Source: Escherichia phage vB_Eco_Jura
Sequence record: LR999871
Direction: 5' to 3' (one strand)
DNA: 64,000 nucleotides
Shown here piece by piece: positions 20,843 to 41,196 of the stretch (position 1 is the stretch's first letter; every line of letters begins with the position of its first letter). Position numbers and translations under genes: made by a program. Below the pieces are notes generated by a model that was not told the origin of the DNA, ran no database searches, and saw only the letters and a program-made list of their open reading frames with translations.

Positions 20843-22060
20843 TTATAGGCCGTTCAGCCGAGGTAGTTTCATAAAGTCCTCGTCACTCATTGCAAGAGGA
20901 TTAACAAGGACTTCTGTCTTACGCGGTGTAACCCGTGATGGGGATGCCGCTGCTGCCTGTTGAGTATTAGTGATTTCAGACTTAGGAGTTGCAACACGAG
21001 TTGCTACTGGCTGAACCACTGGTTTAGGTTGTTCAACAGGTTTCTGCTTAATCAAATCATTAAAACCACCATTAGCAGCAAGGTAGTTACCGACTTGATT
21101 ATAAGCATCCAGGAATGCTGTACCGATTGGGATTTGGCCTAAGATTTTGAGTCGTTCAATTTCAGAAACAATACGGTCGTAAATACCGTTAGCTTTCTGT
21201 TCAACGATGGTATTAACCAGACCACGATTTTCCAGCAATGCCTGTTTGCTGTGGTCATCCCACGTAGTCGAAATTAACTGAAGAGTAGCTTGTCCTTCTG
21301 GAGTGGATTTAGCATCTTCCAGTTCGGTTGCAAATGCTGCTTCAGCATCTGACACACGGTGATTACCAGCTTGGTATTTAACTTCCTCTTCTGGATTAAT
21401 ATCCAGAACATCAATACCAGATTCTTTAACCAACTTCTTAATAGCATCAGGATTCCCTTTAACTAAATCGATAGCATAAGAGAGTTGCCCTTCATCTAAT
21501 AATCCGTTGTTTTCTAACATCAGGAGATACTTACGATACGGCTGAATCTCCTGCATTTTACGGGTATAGTTAGCTCCCATTTGCATCAGGCTAATGACCT
21601 CTTCAGGACTCTGAGGAGTAATCATTTTGCCGTTAGCTTTAAACGGAGCCATTATCCGTTCATAACCAGCCTTATAGTCGAAGTCAGTTTTCTGGTCTGA
21701 TACCTGCTTGTCTTCTTCTACTTTTGCTTGGCCTTGCTCAGTAGTAGAAGGTGCATTATCAGTAGCAGGCTTACTGTTGCTGTCAACCTTATTTGGGTCA
21801 ACTGTAGCACTATCATTACCAGTTGTGAATGCATCTGAATTGCTTTCTGATTCAGAAGTATTTTCTACTTCAGTTGGTTCAGTAGTTACTTCTGGTTCAT
21901 CAGTTTGTTCAACTTCAACAATTGGGTCTGGTTGTGCAGGAGTATTATTTTCTACCGGTTCCGGGTTGTTCTGAATGCTTGATGGACCAGGCATGTTCAG
22001 AATCTCTTCATCCGACATTTTAAAAATGTCGGAAGCTGTTTTTGCAGCTTCCGTAGTCAT
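20843..22060 (-). CDS. Scaffolding-like protein, 405 aa
   Basis: Very acidic Glu/Pro/Thr-rich N-terminal half; position between portal and capsid genes. Confidence 0.55.
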   Translation of the reverse strand: MTTEAAKTASDIFKMSDEEILNMPGPSSIQNNPEPVENNTPAQPDPIVEVEQTDEPEVTTEPTEVENTSESESNSDAFTTGNDSATVDPNKVDSNSKPATDNAPSTTEQGQAKVEEDKQVSDQKTDFDYKAGYERIMAPFKANGKMITPQSPEEVISLMQMGANYTRKMQEIQPYRKYLLMLENNGLLDEGQLSYAIDLVKGNPDAIKKLVKESGIDVLDINPEEEVKYQAGNHRVSDAEAAFATELEDAKSTPEGQATLQLISTTWDDHSKQALLENRGLVNTIVEQKANGIYDRIVSEIERLKILGQIPIGTAFLDAYNQVGNYLAANGGFNDLIKQKPVEQPKPVVQPVATRVATPKSEITNTQQAAAASPSRVTPRKTEVLVNPLAMSDEDFMKLPRLNGL

Positions 22061-22085
22061 GGGAGTATCTCCGAGTTAGGATTAA

Positions 22086-22433
22086 TTAAACTTCTTCAGG
22101 TTCACCACGAGCAACATCCAATGCATTCTCAATATCTGATTGGACACCTACCAGTGTTTCTGCTTTCTGAAGAGTAATTTCCAGGTAACGTTTTAAACAA
22201 CCAGCAGCTTGAGCCATAGCAAGAGCATCAGCACGTTGACGGTCTTCAAGCAATGGGTCACAGGATTCTTGTACGTAACGAGCACAGTCTACAGTACAGA
22301 ATTGCTCAAGAATTACTTTACGGAAAAGGGAATTACCCATCAGCTTACGAACATCTTCTGCATAAGCACGAGCAGCTTTAATACCCTTCAGTTGATGTTC
22401 CAGTCCTTCAATTTCTTTTTCTTTGCTGTACAT
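22086..22433 (-). CDS. Hypothetical head-module protein, 115 aa
   Basis: ORF tightly packed between portal and scaffold genes. Confidence 0.5.
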   Translation of the reverse strand: MYSKEKEIEGLEHQLKGIKAARAYAEDVRKLMGNSLFRKVILEQFCTVDCARYVQESCDPLLEDRQRADALAMAQAAGCLKRYLEITLQKAETLVGVQSDIENALDVARGEPEEV

Positions 22434-22435
22434 AA

Positions 22436-25219
<2,784 letters not shown>

Positions 25220-25239
<20 letters not shown>

Positions 25240-25846
25240 TACACCTCTCCAGAGGGACATTACCAATACGATTAGCAATCCATCCTGTAGTGTACTCAGG
25301 CATATTAAGAGATAAATAGTAGTTTAACTGTTTACCATCCAGAGACTTCAAAATGAGCTTACAGGCTTCTACTTTGCCTCGTTTATTCTGAAGGCTTTTA
25401 TATGCACTTAGAGTTCCAGAACCGACTTTACCATCAACTTGTATTTTAGGGTAGTCTTTGCCATTTCTGGAGAAAGCATTAAGAGATTCTTGTAACCAAC
25501 GAGATGGTCTTGCAGGTCCAGTATTAACACCAGCATCTACTAGTTTTTCTGTTACCGCTGGTGATACATCTGCAAACTTAACAAAGCCAGGCTTCAAGAT
25601 GTAATCGTTGTAATAAATACTTGATGCCATTTCCTGAGTTAAGTTCTTCATTGAACCATCCCAGTTATACATCGACTCTAGTTCTTGCTTATGCTTTTGA
25701 GCAACCTGAATAGTTACACCATGATTAGTTTCACCTCCTGGGTCTTTGGGGTCATTAACGTATCCACCCTCAACAGCAAATACAGCAGCAATGATTGCTG
25801 CAATAACCCCTCCAACACCGCCAACCTTCTTCTTACTTATTGCCAC
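25220..25846 (-). CDS. Endolysin, GH108-type N-acetylmuramidase with SAR-like N-terminus (N4 gp61-like), 208 aa
   Basis: EGGYVNDPKDPGGETNHGVT matches GH108 signature; Gly/Ala-rich weak TM segment at N-terminus; adjacent to spanins. Confidence 0.8.
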
Positions 25847-26096
25847 ACCAATCCTCCTTTGGTTTCAAACGAACCAGTCGGCAAATAATATTCAGCACAA
25901 AGAGTGCTATAGCAATGTTATTGCCATGTGGAATATCTTTGAGGATATGTTGGGGTAATGCAGAGAAAGAACTGGATAAGACATCCACACAAGAGAAGAA
26001 CAATATTGCTAATGTGCTAATCTGAATAGATGCCCATTTCCAACAACGTTTCCAATTAGGAACCATTTCCACATGTTTGGTTAACTTGCGAACCAT
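25833..26096 (-). CDS. Holin-like two-TM protein (start uncertain)
   Basis: Two hydrophobic helices and charged C-terminus RLKPKED; immediately upstream of endolysin. Confidence 0.4.
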   Translation of the reverse strand: MVRKLTKHVEMVPNWKRCWKWASIQISTLAILFFSCVDVLSSSFSALPQHILKDIPHGNNIAIALFVLNIICRLVRLKPKEDWCGNK

Positions 26097-26413
26097 GCAA
26101 AAATCTCCCGTCTGGCAGCAGCCAGTATACCAATAATGATACCTGCTCCAGCCCATACCCATTTACCAAACAATCCAGCACCAACAACTTTGTGTTTGAT
26201 GGTAATGAACTCTTCAATAGTAGGGGCAGACTCAGCCAGAGACTTTTCTACATTCTCTAGTCGAGTGTCCATCTTATTAATAGACAGTTGAAGGTTACGT
26301 ACAGCATCATCTAAATCTTGCCGAGATTTAGCATCACGGGCATTATTTTCGAAGAGTGTCTTCATACGTTCCTCCATTCGAGCTAGGAGCACCTCTACGG
26401 ATTCATGACTCAT
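26081..26413 (-). CDS. Coiled-coil protein with C-terminal TM anchor (lysis regulator candidate), 110 aa
   Basis: Charged helical N-terminus, C-terminal GAGLFGKWVWAGAGIIIGILAAA segment. Confidence 0.5.
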   Translation of the reverse strand: MSHESVEVLLARMEERMKTLFENNARDAKSRQDLDDAVRNLQLSINKMDTRLENVEKSLAESAPTIEEFITIKHKVVGAGLFGKWVWAGAGIIIGILAAARREIFAWFAS

Positions 26414-26426
26414 GCTAAATCCTTAT

Positions 26427-26450
26427 CGAAAAAGCCGGGTATCCCCGGCT
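26427..26450 (-). terminator. Rho-independent terminator (minus strand)
   Basis: AGCCGGG-tatc-CCCGGCT hairpin with T-run on minus strand. Confidence 0.55.
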
Positions 26451-26516
26451 CTGTTAGTCCTAATGAACAGAGAGTGTGTTTATACACCCGTCAAATAGTA
26501 CCGATATTTACTAATA

Positions 26517-27773
<1,257 letters not shown>

Positions 27774-27802
27774 TTAATACCCCCATTGCTGGGGGTTCCT
27801 TG

Positions 27803-34376
<6,574 letters not shown>

Positions 34377-35969
34377 TCACACGATATATGAAGAGAGTGG
34401 GTTAACACTTCCAGTATCATCACCATCATCCCACAATGGGTCACCTGATGTATTAACTGGAACCATACCTGCTTGTGGTTTCCACGGGTTCAGGTAGCCA
34501 AGCATTGAAATGGTATCAATACAGTCATCCTTACCTTTAAGACCATTGATAGTGGCTAAACGAATTTGCCCCATAAAGAGTGTCATGATTGGGCTATCTT
34601 TCATCTCAGCAGGAAAATACATCTTACCAGCTTTGAACCAGGGAACCACGAGGTTAAACCTTGATAGCTTACTGGTTACAGGATGAATACCAGGTTGACC
34701 TCCACGACTGGATGCAAAGTTAAAGAACACATTACGGTTAAGCATTTCCTTCTGAAGAAGACAAATAAAACCACCTTGCTGTCCAGTAGTTTCTACACCA
34801 ACTTGTTGTGGTTGATATTCCTGAACCAGACGGAATAAGTCATCAAAGTTCTTATCCATAGTTTGACGGCAAGCAATACCATCTACCCAGAACCAGTCAC
34901 CGTTAGAACCATATGCCCATACTGATATTACAGAGTAGTCAGATACCTGCTTCTCGCTGGTAGCAAAGTCAGTGGTGATATAGAAGTTATAACAAGAACG
35001 TAGACGTAATAGCTGCGTACGGGAATACCATTTAATCTCTGAATCTTGAATCAGACGTTCATCTTCAGAGCTGATACGTAACATCAATTCCTGATAAAAG
35101 GATGCCAGCTTACCTGTCTTCAATGCCATCTGGTATTGGTCATTGATGTAGTCATAGGAGAAACGGTCTTCCCAAGCACCTTGAAATTCTTCTCGCGTAC
35201 ATGGGAATTTCTCACATACAGGCCATACGTTGACATCCCAAGCACCAGATTCAACTGCTTCAATAAGAATATCTTCCTTATTAAAGGGAGTACCATTAAA
35301 GATTACCTTACGTCTTGTTGGGTCAAGAGCATGGTTCACACCCTTATATACCGTGTCTTTAATGGCTTCCATTGATGTACGTGAGCGAGCATCATCATCG
35401 CTAACTAAGTCATCCAGTACACAAAGAACAGGACGTTTACCAAAAATCTTAGTACCACGAAGACCTGTCTTAGCACCAAACATCTTCACACCAAGACGGT
35501 GACCTTCAGCATTTACAAACTCAAGGTAGTTATCTGTGAAGGTAGCTTTAGGAATCCATTGTTGTAGGAATGGTGAATTGTTGTATCGAAACTCAATGTT
35601 CTTACGGGCAGACTTAACACCGTTATCCATAGAGTCAGATACATAAATCATTCCCTCTACTTTACCCAAGCTAGGTAGATGCCCAAACACCGCTAAGAAC
35701 AGAGTAAAGTATTCCATGAACAAAGTTGTCTTTGCTGCACCACGGAAACATAAGTTAGCAATGTACTGATTCTTACTGGTTATCTTATCCAGCATCTTTA
35801 AGTGAACAGGAGGGGTTTTGTTTGATTCCCCCTCCTTACCATTAACCAGCTTAATAAAGTTAGCAAAGGTCAGTGCAAACTCAGTTGGTATATACGTAGG
35901 GGTATTCAGAACGGAATAGTCCACTTGGTCTAGCCATTCATCCAACTCCTGTTTAATTAGTTCAGACAT
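34377..35969 (-). CDS. terL: Terminase large subunit
   Basis: Deviant Walker A (FRGAAKTT), Walker B (VLCVLDDL), C-terminal nuclease-like domain; start MSELIKQ with GAGGA RBS, overlapping upstream stop. Confidence 0.85.
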   Translation of the reverse strand: MSELIKQELDEWLDQVDYSVLNTPTYIPTEFALTFANFIKLVNGKEGESNKTPPVHLKMLDKITSKNQYIANLCFRGAAKTTLFMEYFTLFLAVFGHLPSLGKVEGMIYVSDSMDNGVKSARKNIEFRYNNSPFLQQWIPKATFTDNYLEFVNAEGHRLGVKMFGAKTGLRGTKIFGKRPVLCVLDDLVSDDDARSRTSMEAIKDTVYKGVNHALDPTRRKVIFNGTPFNKEDILIEAVESGAWDVNVWPVCEKFPCTREEFQGAWEDRFSYDYINDQYQMALKTGKLASFYQELMLRISSEDERLIQDSEIKWYSRTQLLRLRSCYNFYITTDFATSEKQVSDYSVISVWAYGSNGDWFWVDGIACRQTMDKNFDDLFRLVQEYQPQQVGVETTGQQGGFICLLQKEMLNRNVFFNFASSRGGQPGIHPVTSKLSRFNLVVPWFKAGKMYFPAEMKDSPIMTLFMGQIRLATINGLKGKDDCIDTISMLGYLNPWKPQAGMVPVNTSGDPLWDDGDDTGSVNPLSSYIV

Positions 35970-36654
35970 CAATAATATCCTCGTCTTCTCGAACCAGTGT
36001 GGAACCTGCAATTACTTTAGTAGGTGTACCGGCTTCAATAGCTGCTTTCTGAGCCTCAGCCAACTGGGTTAGTGTGTTCTTGAGTTCAGTCAATCCAGAG
36101 TTTTCTCTCAAATCCAGATTGATATTAGTAACAGCATCCTTCGGTTTCTGGAGGTGAGTAAGGATAGAGTTGGCAGCATCACACTGTACCTTCTCACTGG
36201 TAGCATTCTTCATGAGCCATGCCTGATGGTTCAATGCTTCCTGAAACAAATCCTGATTAACAATCCATACTGGAATCAGTGATTGTTCCATAATGAGGTT
36301 TACTAACTTACCTCTATGGTAAGCAGATACATAAGCAGAGATGTCCTTCTCACTGGTTCCCCTTGCTACTAATTCAGCTTGTCTGTTGGGGAATGTTTTG
36401 AAGTAAGCATCTTTGTTGCTATACCCCATGTGTTTGTAAGTAACATATTGAACAGCATTAAGGTAATCCTGGGTCTTAAACTTCCCATCCTTCATCACCC
36501 CAGCATAAGTCACAAAGTTATTTCTAATTTGCTCTGCTGCTGTCTGGTCTTGGGTCACATTGTTAATCATGTTTACCAGTTGGTCAGTAACACTGCTTTT
36601 AAACTGGGGAGGCAATGCAGAAACAATGTCTTTCTTCGTCAGTAGTGTGCTCAT
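35962..36654 (-). CDS. Putative terminase small subunit (N4 gp69-like position), 230 aa
   Basis: Immediately upstream of and overlapping terL; no motif recognised. Confidence 0.45.
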   Translation of the reverse strand: MSTLLTKKDIVSALPPQFKSSVTDQLVNMINNVTQDQTAAEQIRNNFVTYAGVMKDGKFKTQDYLNAVQYVTYKHMGYSNKDAYFKTFPNRQAELVARGTSEKDISAYVSAYHRGKLVNLIMEQSLIPVWIVNQDLFQEALNHQAWLMKNATSEKVQCDAANSILTHLQKPKDAVTNINLDLRENSGLTELKNTLTQLAEAQKAAIEAGTPTKVIAGSTLVREDEDIIDV

Positions 36655-36781
36655 AGTCTTCCTACAAATTATCTAGAGTGAAGAGGATTCTTTTCTTGGG
36701 GTTAGCACCCCTTGCAGAAACCTATACATAGATTTAGACTTTAGACTTTCTTTAGTCTCCTTACAATAGTAAGACAGAGAC

Positions 36782-37123
36782 ATGGGGAGCCTATTGCCCA
36801 AAGGAACCAGTAACATGAGACTATTCTATAGTTTTGACGGTAATGACCAATGGAATGAGATAGACTTCAGTAAAATAGGTGGAGCTATCCCAGTTGGAGG
36901 GGCTATGCCAGGTGACCATATCTTATGTCACGATGAGGAGTCTTTCCATTACATCTCAGGTATGATGTTAATCAATAACGTCACTGGGTTTACTGTCCAT
37001 AAACCTGCACCAGTACGTGTCATTACCAAGCCTATCGAGGGTCTTGCATTCTTTACAAGAATACCTCAAAGTATCTCTATCAAACGACAGCGTGACGCCA
37101 TCGAGATGACCGTGGTTGCTTGA
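36782..37123 (+). CDS. Hypothetical protein (113 aa) in junction region
   Basis: ORF followed by hairpins; weak RBS; could be non-coding. Confidence 0.3.
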   Translation: MGSLLPKGTSNMRLFYSFDGNDQWNEIDFSKIGGAIPVGGAMPGDHILCHDEESFHYISGMMLINNVTGFTVHKPAPVRVITKPIEGLAFFTRIPQSISIKRQRDAIEMTVVA

Positions 37124-37286
37124 TAAGCCATTGCCCGCCCAGGAGTTGGTGGCGGGAAACAGGGAACTGTTTGAATAACCACTCCAGCTACATTCACCTA
37201 TCTCCAAGACACCTTTGTTATCTGCCATTGGGTGATGAGTAGTATCAGAGAGAACTGATTTAACAAACACACTCGGTATAGGAATT

Positions 37287-37314
37287 GGGAGCCAAATGGC
37301 TCCCTTTTTCTTTT
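37287..37314 (+). terminator. Rho-independent terminator
   Basis: GGGAGCC-aaat-GGCTCCC followed by TTTTTCTTTT. Confidence 0.6.
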
Positions 37315-37333
37315 ATGAACCAAGGAGTTCTAT

Positions 37334-37699
37334 ATGAACATTCGTCCTAATGAAGTTTATGGTATCAACCTAGAATACACTACAAACAAACCTGCTCTAT
37401 TTCACTGTGGTTCCACCAATCTATTCCATGCTATGTGTGGTAATACCAAACCTCTTTACTTACCCGAATCAGACGATACTCATGCCCTACTAGGTAACTG
37501 GTTCTTAGAAGGTAAAGACATTAGTACCATTCTCCTTGAACCAAGGAAGAAAGTAGCAATACCTACTAATGCATGGAATAACGAAGTCATTTACTTCCTC
37601 GCACCTGAAGGCTTTGAACCAGTGATAGAACAGAATCACTTTAATCATGCAGTTACTTTCTACTTCAGAGAGACTTCAAAGTTATCTGCTTATAAATAA
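37334..37699 (+). CDS. Hypothetical protein, 121 aa
   Basis: ORF with AAGGAG RBS. Confidence 0.6.
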   Translation: MNIRPNEVYGINLEYTTNKPALFHCGSTNLFHAMCGNTKPLYLPESDDTHALLGNWFLEGKDISTILLEPRKKVAIPTNAWNNEVIYFLAPEGFEPVIEQNHFNHAVTFYFRETSKLSAYK

Positions 37700-37707
37700 G
37701 GAAAGCT

Positions 37708-37836
37708 ATGTGGTATATAACAGTTAAAGGTTTACCCGAACCAGTGATGATAGATAGCCTGGCATTCGTAGAAGTAGGTCATCCTATTCTTATAGAAGGT
37801 AAGTTGTATGAAGTTGTTAGTATTTATAAGAGATAA
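37708..37836 (+). CDS. Small hypothetical ORF (42 aa)
   Basis: ATG with AAGGAAAG RBS; below track size cutoff. Confidence 0.3.
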   Translation: MWYITVKGLPEPVMIDSLAFVEVGHPILIEGKLYEVVSIYKR

Positions 37837-37943
37837 ATAGGAAGTCTATTAGATAGATACCCTATAATTTTTTCTTAGTGAAAATAGTCATAGTTACTTA
37901 TGAGTTCAGTATTTGGTGGGGCTACACCCCTTACACCATAAGC

Positions 37944-37953
37944 ACCCCCCCCC
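37944..37953. repeat. Homopolymeric C tract (about 10 C)
   Basis: gcaccccccccccctg within C-rich repeats just upstream of first hairpin promoter. Confidence 0.7.
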
Positions 37954-38003
37954 CTGTCTTTACTAGTGTAGCCTTAGCCTACCCCACCTTGTACACGTTA
38001 CAC

Positions 38004-38022
38004 GTTGCTTCGCAACTTATGG
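38004..38022 (+). promoter_or_regulatory. Hairpin promoter P-a, N4 vRNAP type (GTTGC-TTC-GCAAC, then ttatGG)
   Basis: 5-bp stem, 3-nt loop; GG at +11/+12 from loop centre, same spacing as the other two; template-strand loop GAA. Confidence 0.55.
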
Positions 38023-38067
38023 ACATGTTGTCCGTATCTTATCAATCAACTATTGGAGACTAATACT

Positions 38068-38394
38068 ATGACTACTCAGGCTAACGTTCGTATGACTGTA
38101 GGAACTCTGTTGGGTACTGTTAACGAAGCAGCAACTACTGTAGCTGATACATTCGGTACTGCTACTAAAGCAGTAGGTATGCTTAATCGTTATGTAACTA
38201 AACAAGCAGATAAACAAATCATTCGTGACAAATTAGAAATGCATGAGTTTACCAATAAACTTATTGAAGAAACTGCAATGCAAGAAGCTATTCGTCAGAA
38301 ACAAATCTTAGACTTCTGCAAAGATGAACAAAACAAAGAATTGTTCTCTAATGCCTATGACCGTCTTAGCAAAATCTTAGCAGACTCTAAATAA
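38068..38394 (+). CDS. Early hypothetical protein, 108 aa
   Basis: ATG with GGAGAC RBS downstream of P-a; followed by terminator. Confidence 0.6.
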   Translation: MTTQANVRMTVGTLLGTVNEAATTVADTFGTATKAVGMLNRYVTKQADKQIIRDKLEMHEFTNKLIEETAMQEAIRQKQILDFCKDEQNKELFSNAYDRLSKILADSK

Positions 38395-38406
38395 TAACAA
38401 ACAAAT

Positions 38407-38430
38407 GGAGGCTCCTCGGAGTCTCCTTTT
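38407..38430 (+). terminator. Rho-independent terminator
   Basis: GGAGGCTCC/GGAGTCTCC hairpin followed by TTTT. Confidence 0.55.
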
Positions 38431-38470
38431 ACATAGAACCGATAGTTCAATAACTATCTACTTTAAAGAT

Positions 38471-38491
38471 AAGAAGCTCCGCTTCTTTTGG
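38471..38491 (+). promoter_or_regulatory. Hairpin promoter P-b, N4 vRNAP type (AAGAAGC-TCC-GCTTCTT, then ttGG)
   Basis: 7-bp stem, 3-nt loop; minus-strand reading CATCCAAAAGAAGCGGAGCTTCTT matches my recollection of N4 early promoter P2. Confidence 0.65.
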
Positions 38492-38595
38492 ATGAAGTAA
38501 TGCATCCAATCCTGTATGAAATCTTAACCTTTTGTCTGGGATTACTTACCGACAAAGTAGTCTCAACTAATCAAAATCAACTATCTGGAGAGTAC

Positions 38596-38985
38596 AAAAT
38601 GGCTATCACTACTTTTGCTAAAACCTTTGGTCAGGCTTCTACTAAAACCGAATCCAACAATGGTTCTCGTCCAAAAGCTCAGTTCTGGATTAACGTTGGC
38701 TATGTAGCTAATGAAGGCACTGAAGATGAACGTTTCATCTCTCTGCCTACTGGTATTCCACTGGATACTCAGGAGCATCTGCCAACCAATTCCTCTAACG
38801 AAGACTTCCGTGCAATGCGTTGTGCACAGAACGATTTGTTAGACCAACTGATGGAATTTGCTAAGACTCTGGAACCGGGTCAAGAAGGAGTTATCTCACT
38901 GCAAGTTCAACTTCGTCGAGTTAAAGAAGAAGCTCCTGCTATCTCAGCAAGTGAGAATAAATATGCTCGTAAACTGACTTTCTAA
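38596..38985 (+). CDS. Early hypothetical protein, 129 aa (alternative start at 38500)
   Basis: Start MAITTF with GGAGAG RBS; in-frame upstream ATG at 38500 lies 10 nt past predicted +1. Confidence 0.55.
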
Positions 38986-38993
38986 TCTCTATA

Positions 38994-39018
38994 GGACTAC
39001 CTTCGGGTAGTCCTTTTT
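38994..39018 (+). terminator. Rho-independent terminator
   Basis: GGACTACC-ttcg-GGTAGTCC followed by TTTTT. Confidence 0.65.
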
Positions 39019-39127
39019 AATTTTAACTATCTAAATACTAAAGTAGAGATTTTGACCCTTTTCGACGAAGGGATACTAAAAAGTAATGGATAGTTTGAGC
39101 AGATGTTTTAGAAGAAGGAGTATACAG

Positions 39128-39442
39128 ATGCATCCTCTTATAAAACGATTCCTGATGGACTATCAGGAGTGGTTAGATAATGGAGCCAGTGAACCTCATT
39201 ACCTGTTTGATAGGGGTAGTGGACTGTGTGTTCAACTAGGCAAATATCTTAGAAGACAGCCAATCAGTGAAGAAACAGTAGATACTCTGTGTAAGAGCTT
39301 TACTCATTTACTTCCTGATAATGATACCAATCTACCATTCAATGTAGATGTTCTCGACTACATGATGGAATGTTCTGATGGAAGATGTCATCTGAACCAA
39401 AGTCGAATTAATTGGATTAAGAGTCAGTTGGAGAGTAAGTAA
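39128..39442 (+). CDS. Hypothetical protein, 104 aa
   Basis: Start MHPLIKRF with GAAGGAG RBS. Confidence 0.55.
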   Translation: MHPLIKRFLMDYQEWLDNGASEPHYLFDRGSGLCVQLGKYLRRQPISEETVDTLCKSFTHLLPDNDTNLPFNVDVLDYMMECSDGRCHLNQSRINWIKSQLESK

Positions 39443-39445
39443 ATT

Positions 39446-39883
39446 ATGTCATATGAAATTGTAAAACATTGGACTTCTAAGGCTGGGCTGAAGGCTTGGG
39501 TATTGCTGGTAAATGGTGGTAGCCATCATTGTGGTTATGTGGAAATACCAGAAGCATTACTGGATAAAAACTTCTATGACTATATATGTGATGATGAAGA
39601 AACACTTCATATTACAGTACATGGTGGAGTTACCTATCAAGGTGTTCCTCAGTGGGCTGATGGGATTAAAGTCATAGGTTATGACTGTGCTCATGCAGGG
39701 GATAAACTGAAATGTCCTAAACAATTCATTGGCTCTCTTAGGGAGAGACTCTATGAGGATTCTTATGGAGTATGGCGAGATGAAGAATACTGCATCAATG
39801 AATGTGAAAGCATGGCAGACCAGTTAATTAACCTGATACCAAAATTAGGGTTTAACGATGAAATTCAGAACAGTAATGGTTAA
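39446..39883 (+). CDS. Hypothetical protein, 145 aa
   Basis: ORF 3 nt after previous stop. Confidence 0.6.
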   Translation: MSYEIVKHWTSKAGLKAWVLLVNGGSHHCGYVEIPEALLDKNFYDYICDDEETLHITVHGGVTYQGVPQWADGIKVIGYDCAHAGDKLKCPKQFIGSLRERLYEDSYGVWRDEEYCINECESMADQLINLIPKLGFNDEIQNSNG

Positions 39884-40055
39884 TGCTCTTGATACCAGGG
39901 GTAATGAAATCATTAGCTATAAAGTGCAAGGCTTTAAATGGTTCAAATGGAAAACATTAACTAGCTTTAAAGAATTTGAGAAAGATAAAGCTATTAAGTT
40001 AACCAAGAAATTGAACCAACGTAAGAAGATTAAATTAGTTACTGTAATTAAATAA
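39876..40055 (+). CDS. Small basic hypothetical protein, 59 aa
   Basis: ATG overlapping previous stop; Lys-rich. Confidence 0.4.
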   Translation: MVNALDTRGNEIISYKVQGFKWFKWKTLTSFKEFEKDKAIKLTKKLNQRKKIKLVTVIK

Positions 40056-40065
40056 GGATAAGGCA

Positions 40066-40224
40066 ATGCGTAAATCACTAATCATGGGAACCAAAGAAGA
40101 CGTTGCTAAGATGAAAGCTAAACGTCAGATGAATAAAGCAGTAACGTTTGCAGAACGTTATAGTACGTCTGAACCAGTACGTCGTATTGTTACTTTCAAC
40201 CATCCAGCTATTAAGGGTATGTAA
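40066..40224 (+). CDS. Small hypothetical ORF (52 aa)
   Basis: ATG with AAGGATAAGG RBS; stop overlaps next start; below track cutoff. Confidence 0.35.
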   Translation: MRKSLIMGTKEDVAKMKAKRQMNKAVTFAERYSTSEPVRRIVTFNHPAIKGM

Positions 40225-40433
40225 TGCAAACTAAAGATAAGAAAGACTTAGAACGTCTTCTCCGTGTATATGGTGATTATGCATTGTTAGCAGAGATAAC
40301 TAATATTATCGAAGAAGACTGTCGTAACGGTTATGCCAATAACCCACAAGCAATAATTCATCGTGATGCAGTAGTGCTTAGAGAAGCAGTCAGTAAGATG
40401 CAAGCATTACATCCATTAAGACAGCGAGCATAA
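40224..40433 (+). CDS. Hypothetical protein, 69 aa
   Basis: ORF followed by terminator. Confidence 0.5.
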   Translation: MQTKDKKDLERLLRVYGDYALLAEITNIIEEDCRNGYANNPQAIIHRDAVVLREAVSKMQALHPLRQRA

Positions 40434-40436
40434 ATA

Positions 40437-40470
40437 GGAGGGGGCTACTAAGCCCTCTTCTTATTTTTAT
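40437..40470 (+). terminator. Rho-independent terminator
   Basis: GGGGGCT-acta-AGCCCTC hairpin followed by T-rich run. Confidence 0.55.
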
Positions 40471-40506
40471 CGTGGTTATTAAGCAACTATCTTAGAGGAA
40501 GGAATA

Positions 40507-40722
40507 ATGGAACAGTTAAACTACGGTTATAAGATTAAACGCAATCAAGTAAGAGGTTCTTGGTTATTTCTCGTTTATGGTAAACCAATCTATGAATTAC
40601 ATCGTGGAGAGAAATCCAAGACCTATTACGTAACTCATATTGCTACAGGAAAAACTCCTGCATGTGCAGGATTGCTTCGTGATGCAATTATGAAAGCATG
40701 TATGTTAGAAGGACTTCTATGA
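40507..40722 (+). CDS. Hypothetical protein, 71 aa
   Basis: ORF with GGAAGGAA RBS. Confidence 0.5.
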   Translation: MEQLNYGYKIKRNQVRGSWLFLVYGKPIYELHRGEKSKTYYVTHIATGKTPACAGLLRDAIMKACMLEGLL

Positions 40723-41033
40723 ACCAAATCATTGCTATCCCGCAGCATAAAGCTCGTATTGCTGACAGGAATATTCGTATTCATTATCCAATGCCTTTGA
40801 GTAATCCATTTCAGAAAAATGAGAGAACCACGGATGAAGATATAGCAGCAGCTTATGAGGCATATCTTCGTAACCGTTTGGTAAGTGGTGACAAGCTCAT
40901 TACGGCTGAAATGGAACGAATTGCTAAATTCGTTATAGATGATACTGACAAACCCGTTGGCCTCATTGGTAATGAACTGGAAGTGAATGTAATCCGTAAG
41001 ATTATTATGGAGGCTCTTAATGGGAATCAGTGA
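40719..41033 (+). CDS. Hypothetical protein, 104 aa
   Basis: Start MNQIIAIP overlapping previous stop (ATGA). Confidence 0.5.
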   Translation: MNQIIAIPQHKARIADRNIRIHYPMPLSNPFQKNERTTDEDIAAAYEAYLRNRLVSGDKLITAEMERIAKFVIDDTDKPVGLIGNELEVNVIRKIIMEALNGNQ

Positions 41034-41196
41034 ATCCCAGGCTATGGCTATTAAACAGTTAGCCTTCAACTGCCTTAGTGCTATGAAGGCATTTAATGAA
41101 GCAAAAACTTTCCCTGACCAGAATAAAGCTCGTATTCGACTTTATCAGTCTAAGAAAGATTTTGAAGAATATCTGGAAAGTATTACGGTGAAATAA
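41023..41196 (+). CDS. Small hypothetical ORF (57 aa)
   Basis: Bridges two genes with overlapping start and stop; below track cutoff. Confidence 0.35.
   Translation, partial: GISESQAMAIKQLAFNCLSAMKAFNEAKTFPDQNKARIRLYQSKKDFEEYLESITVK

Noticed and set aside
36968-37270. 100-aa minus-strand ORF in the junction region
   Set aside because: GTG start without RBS and overlaps the plus-strand ORF 36782-37123; region is more likely regulatory
40635-41069. 144-aa minus-strand ORF in the early region
   Set aside because: Antisense to a tightly packed array of plus-strand genes with RBSs and overlapping start/stop coupling
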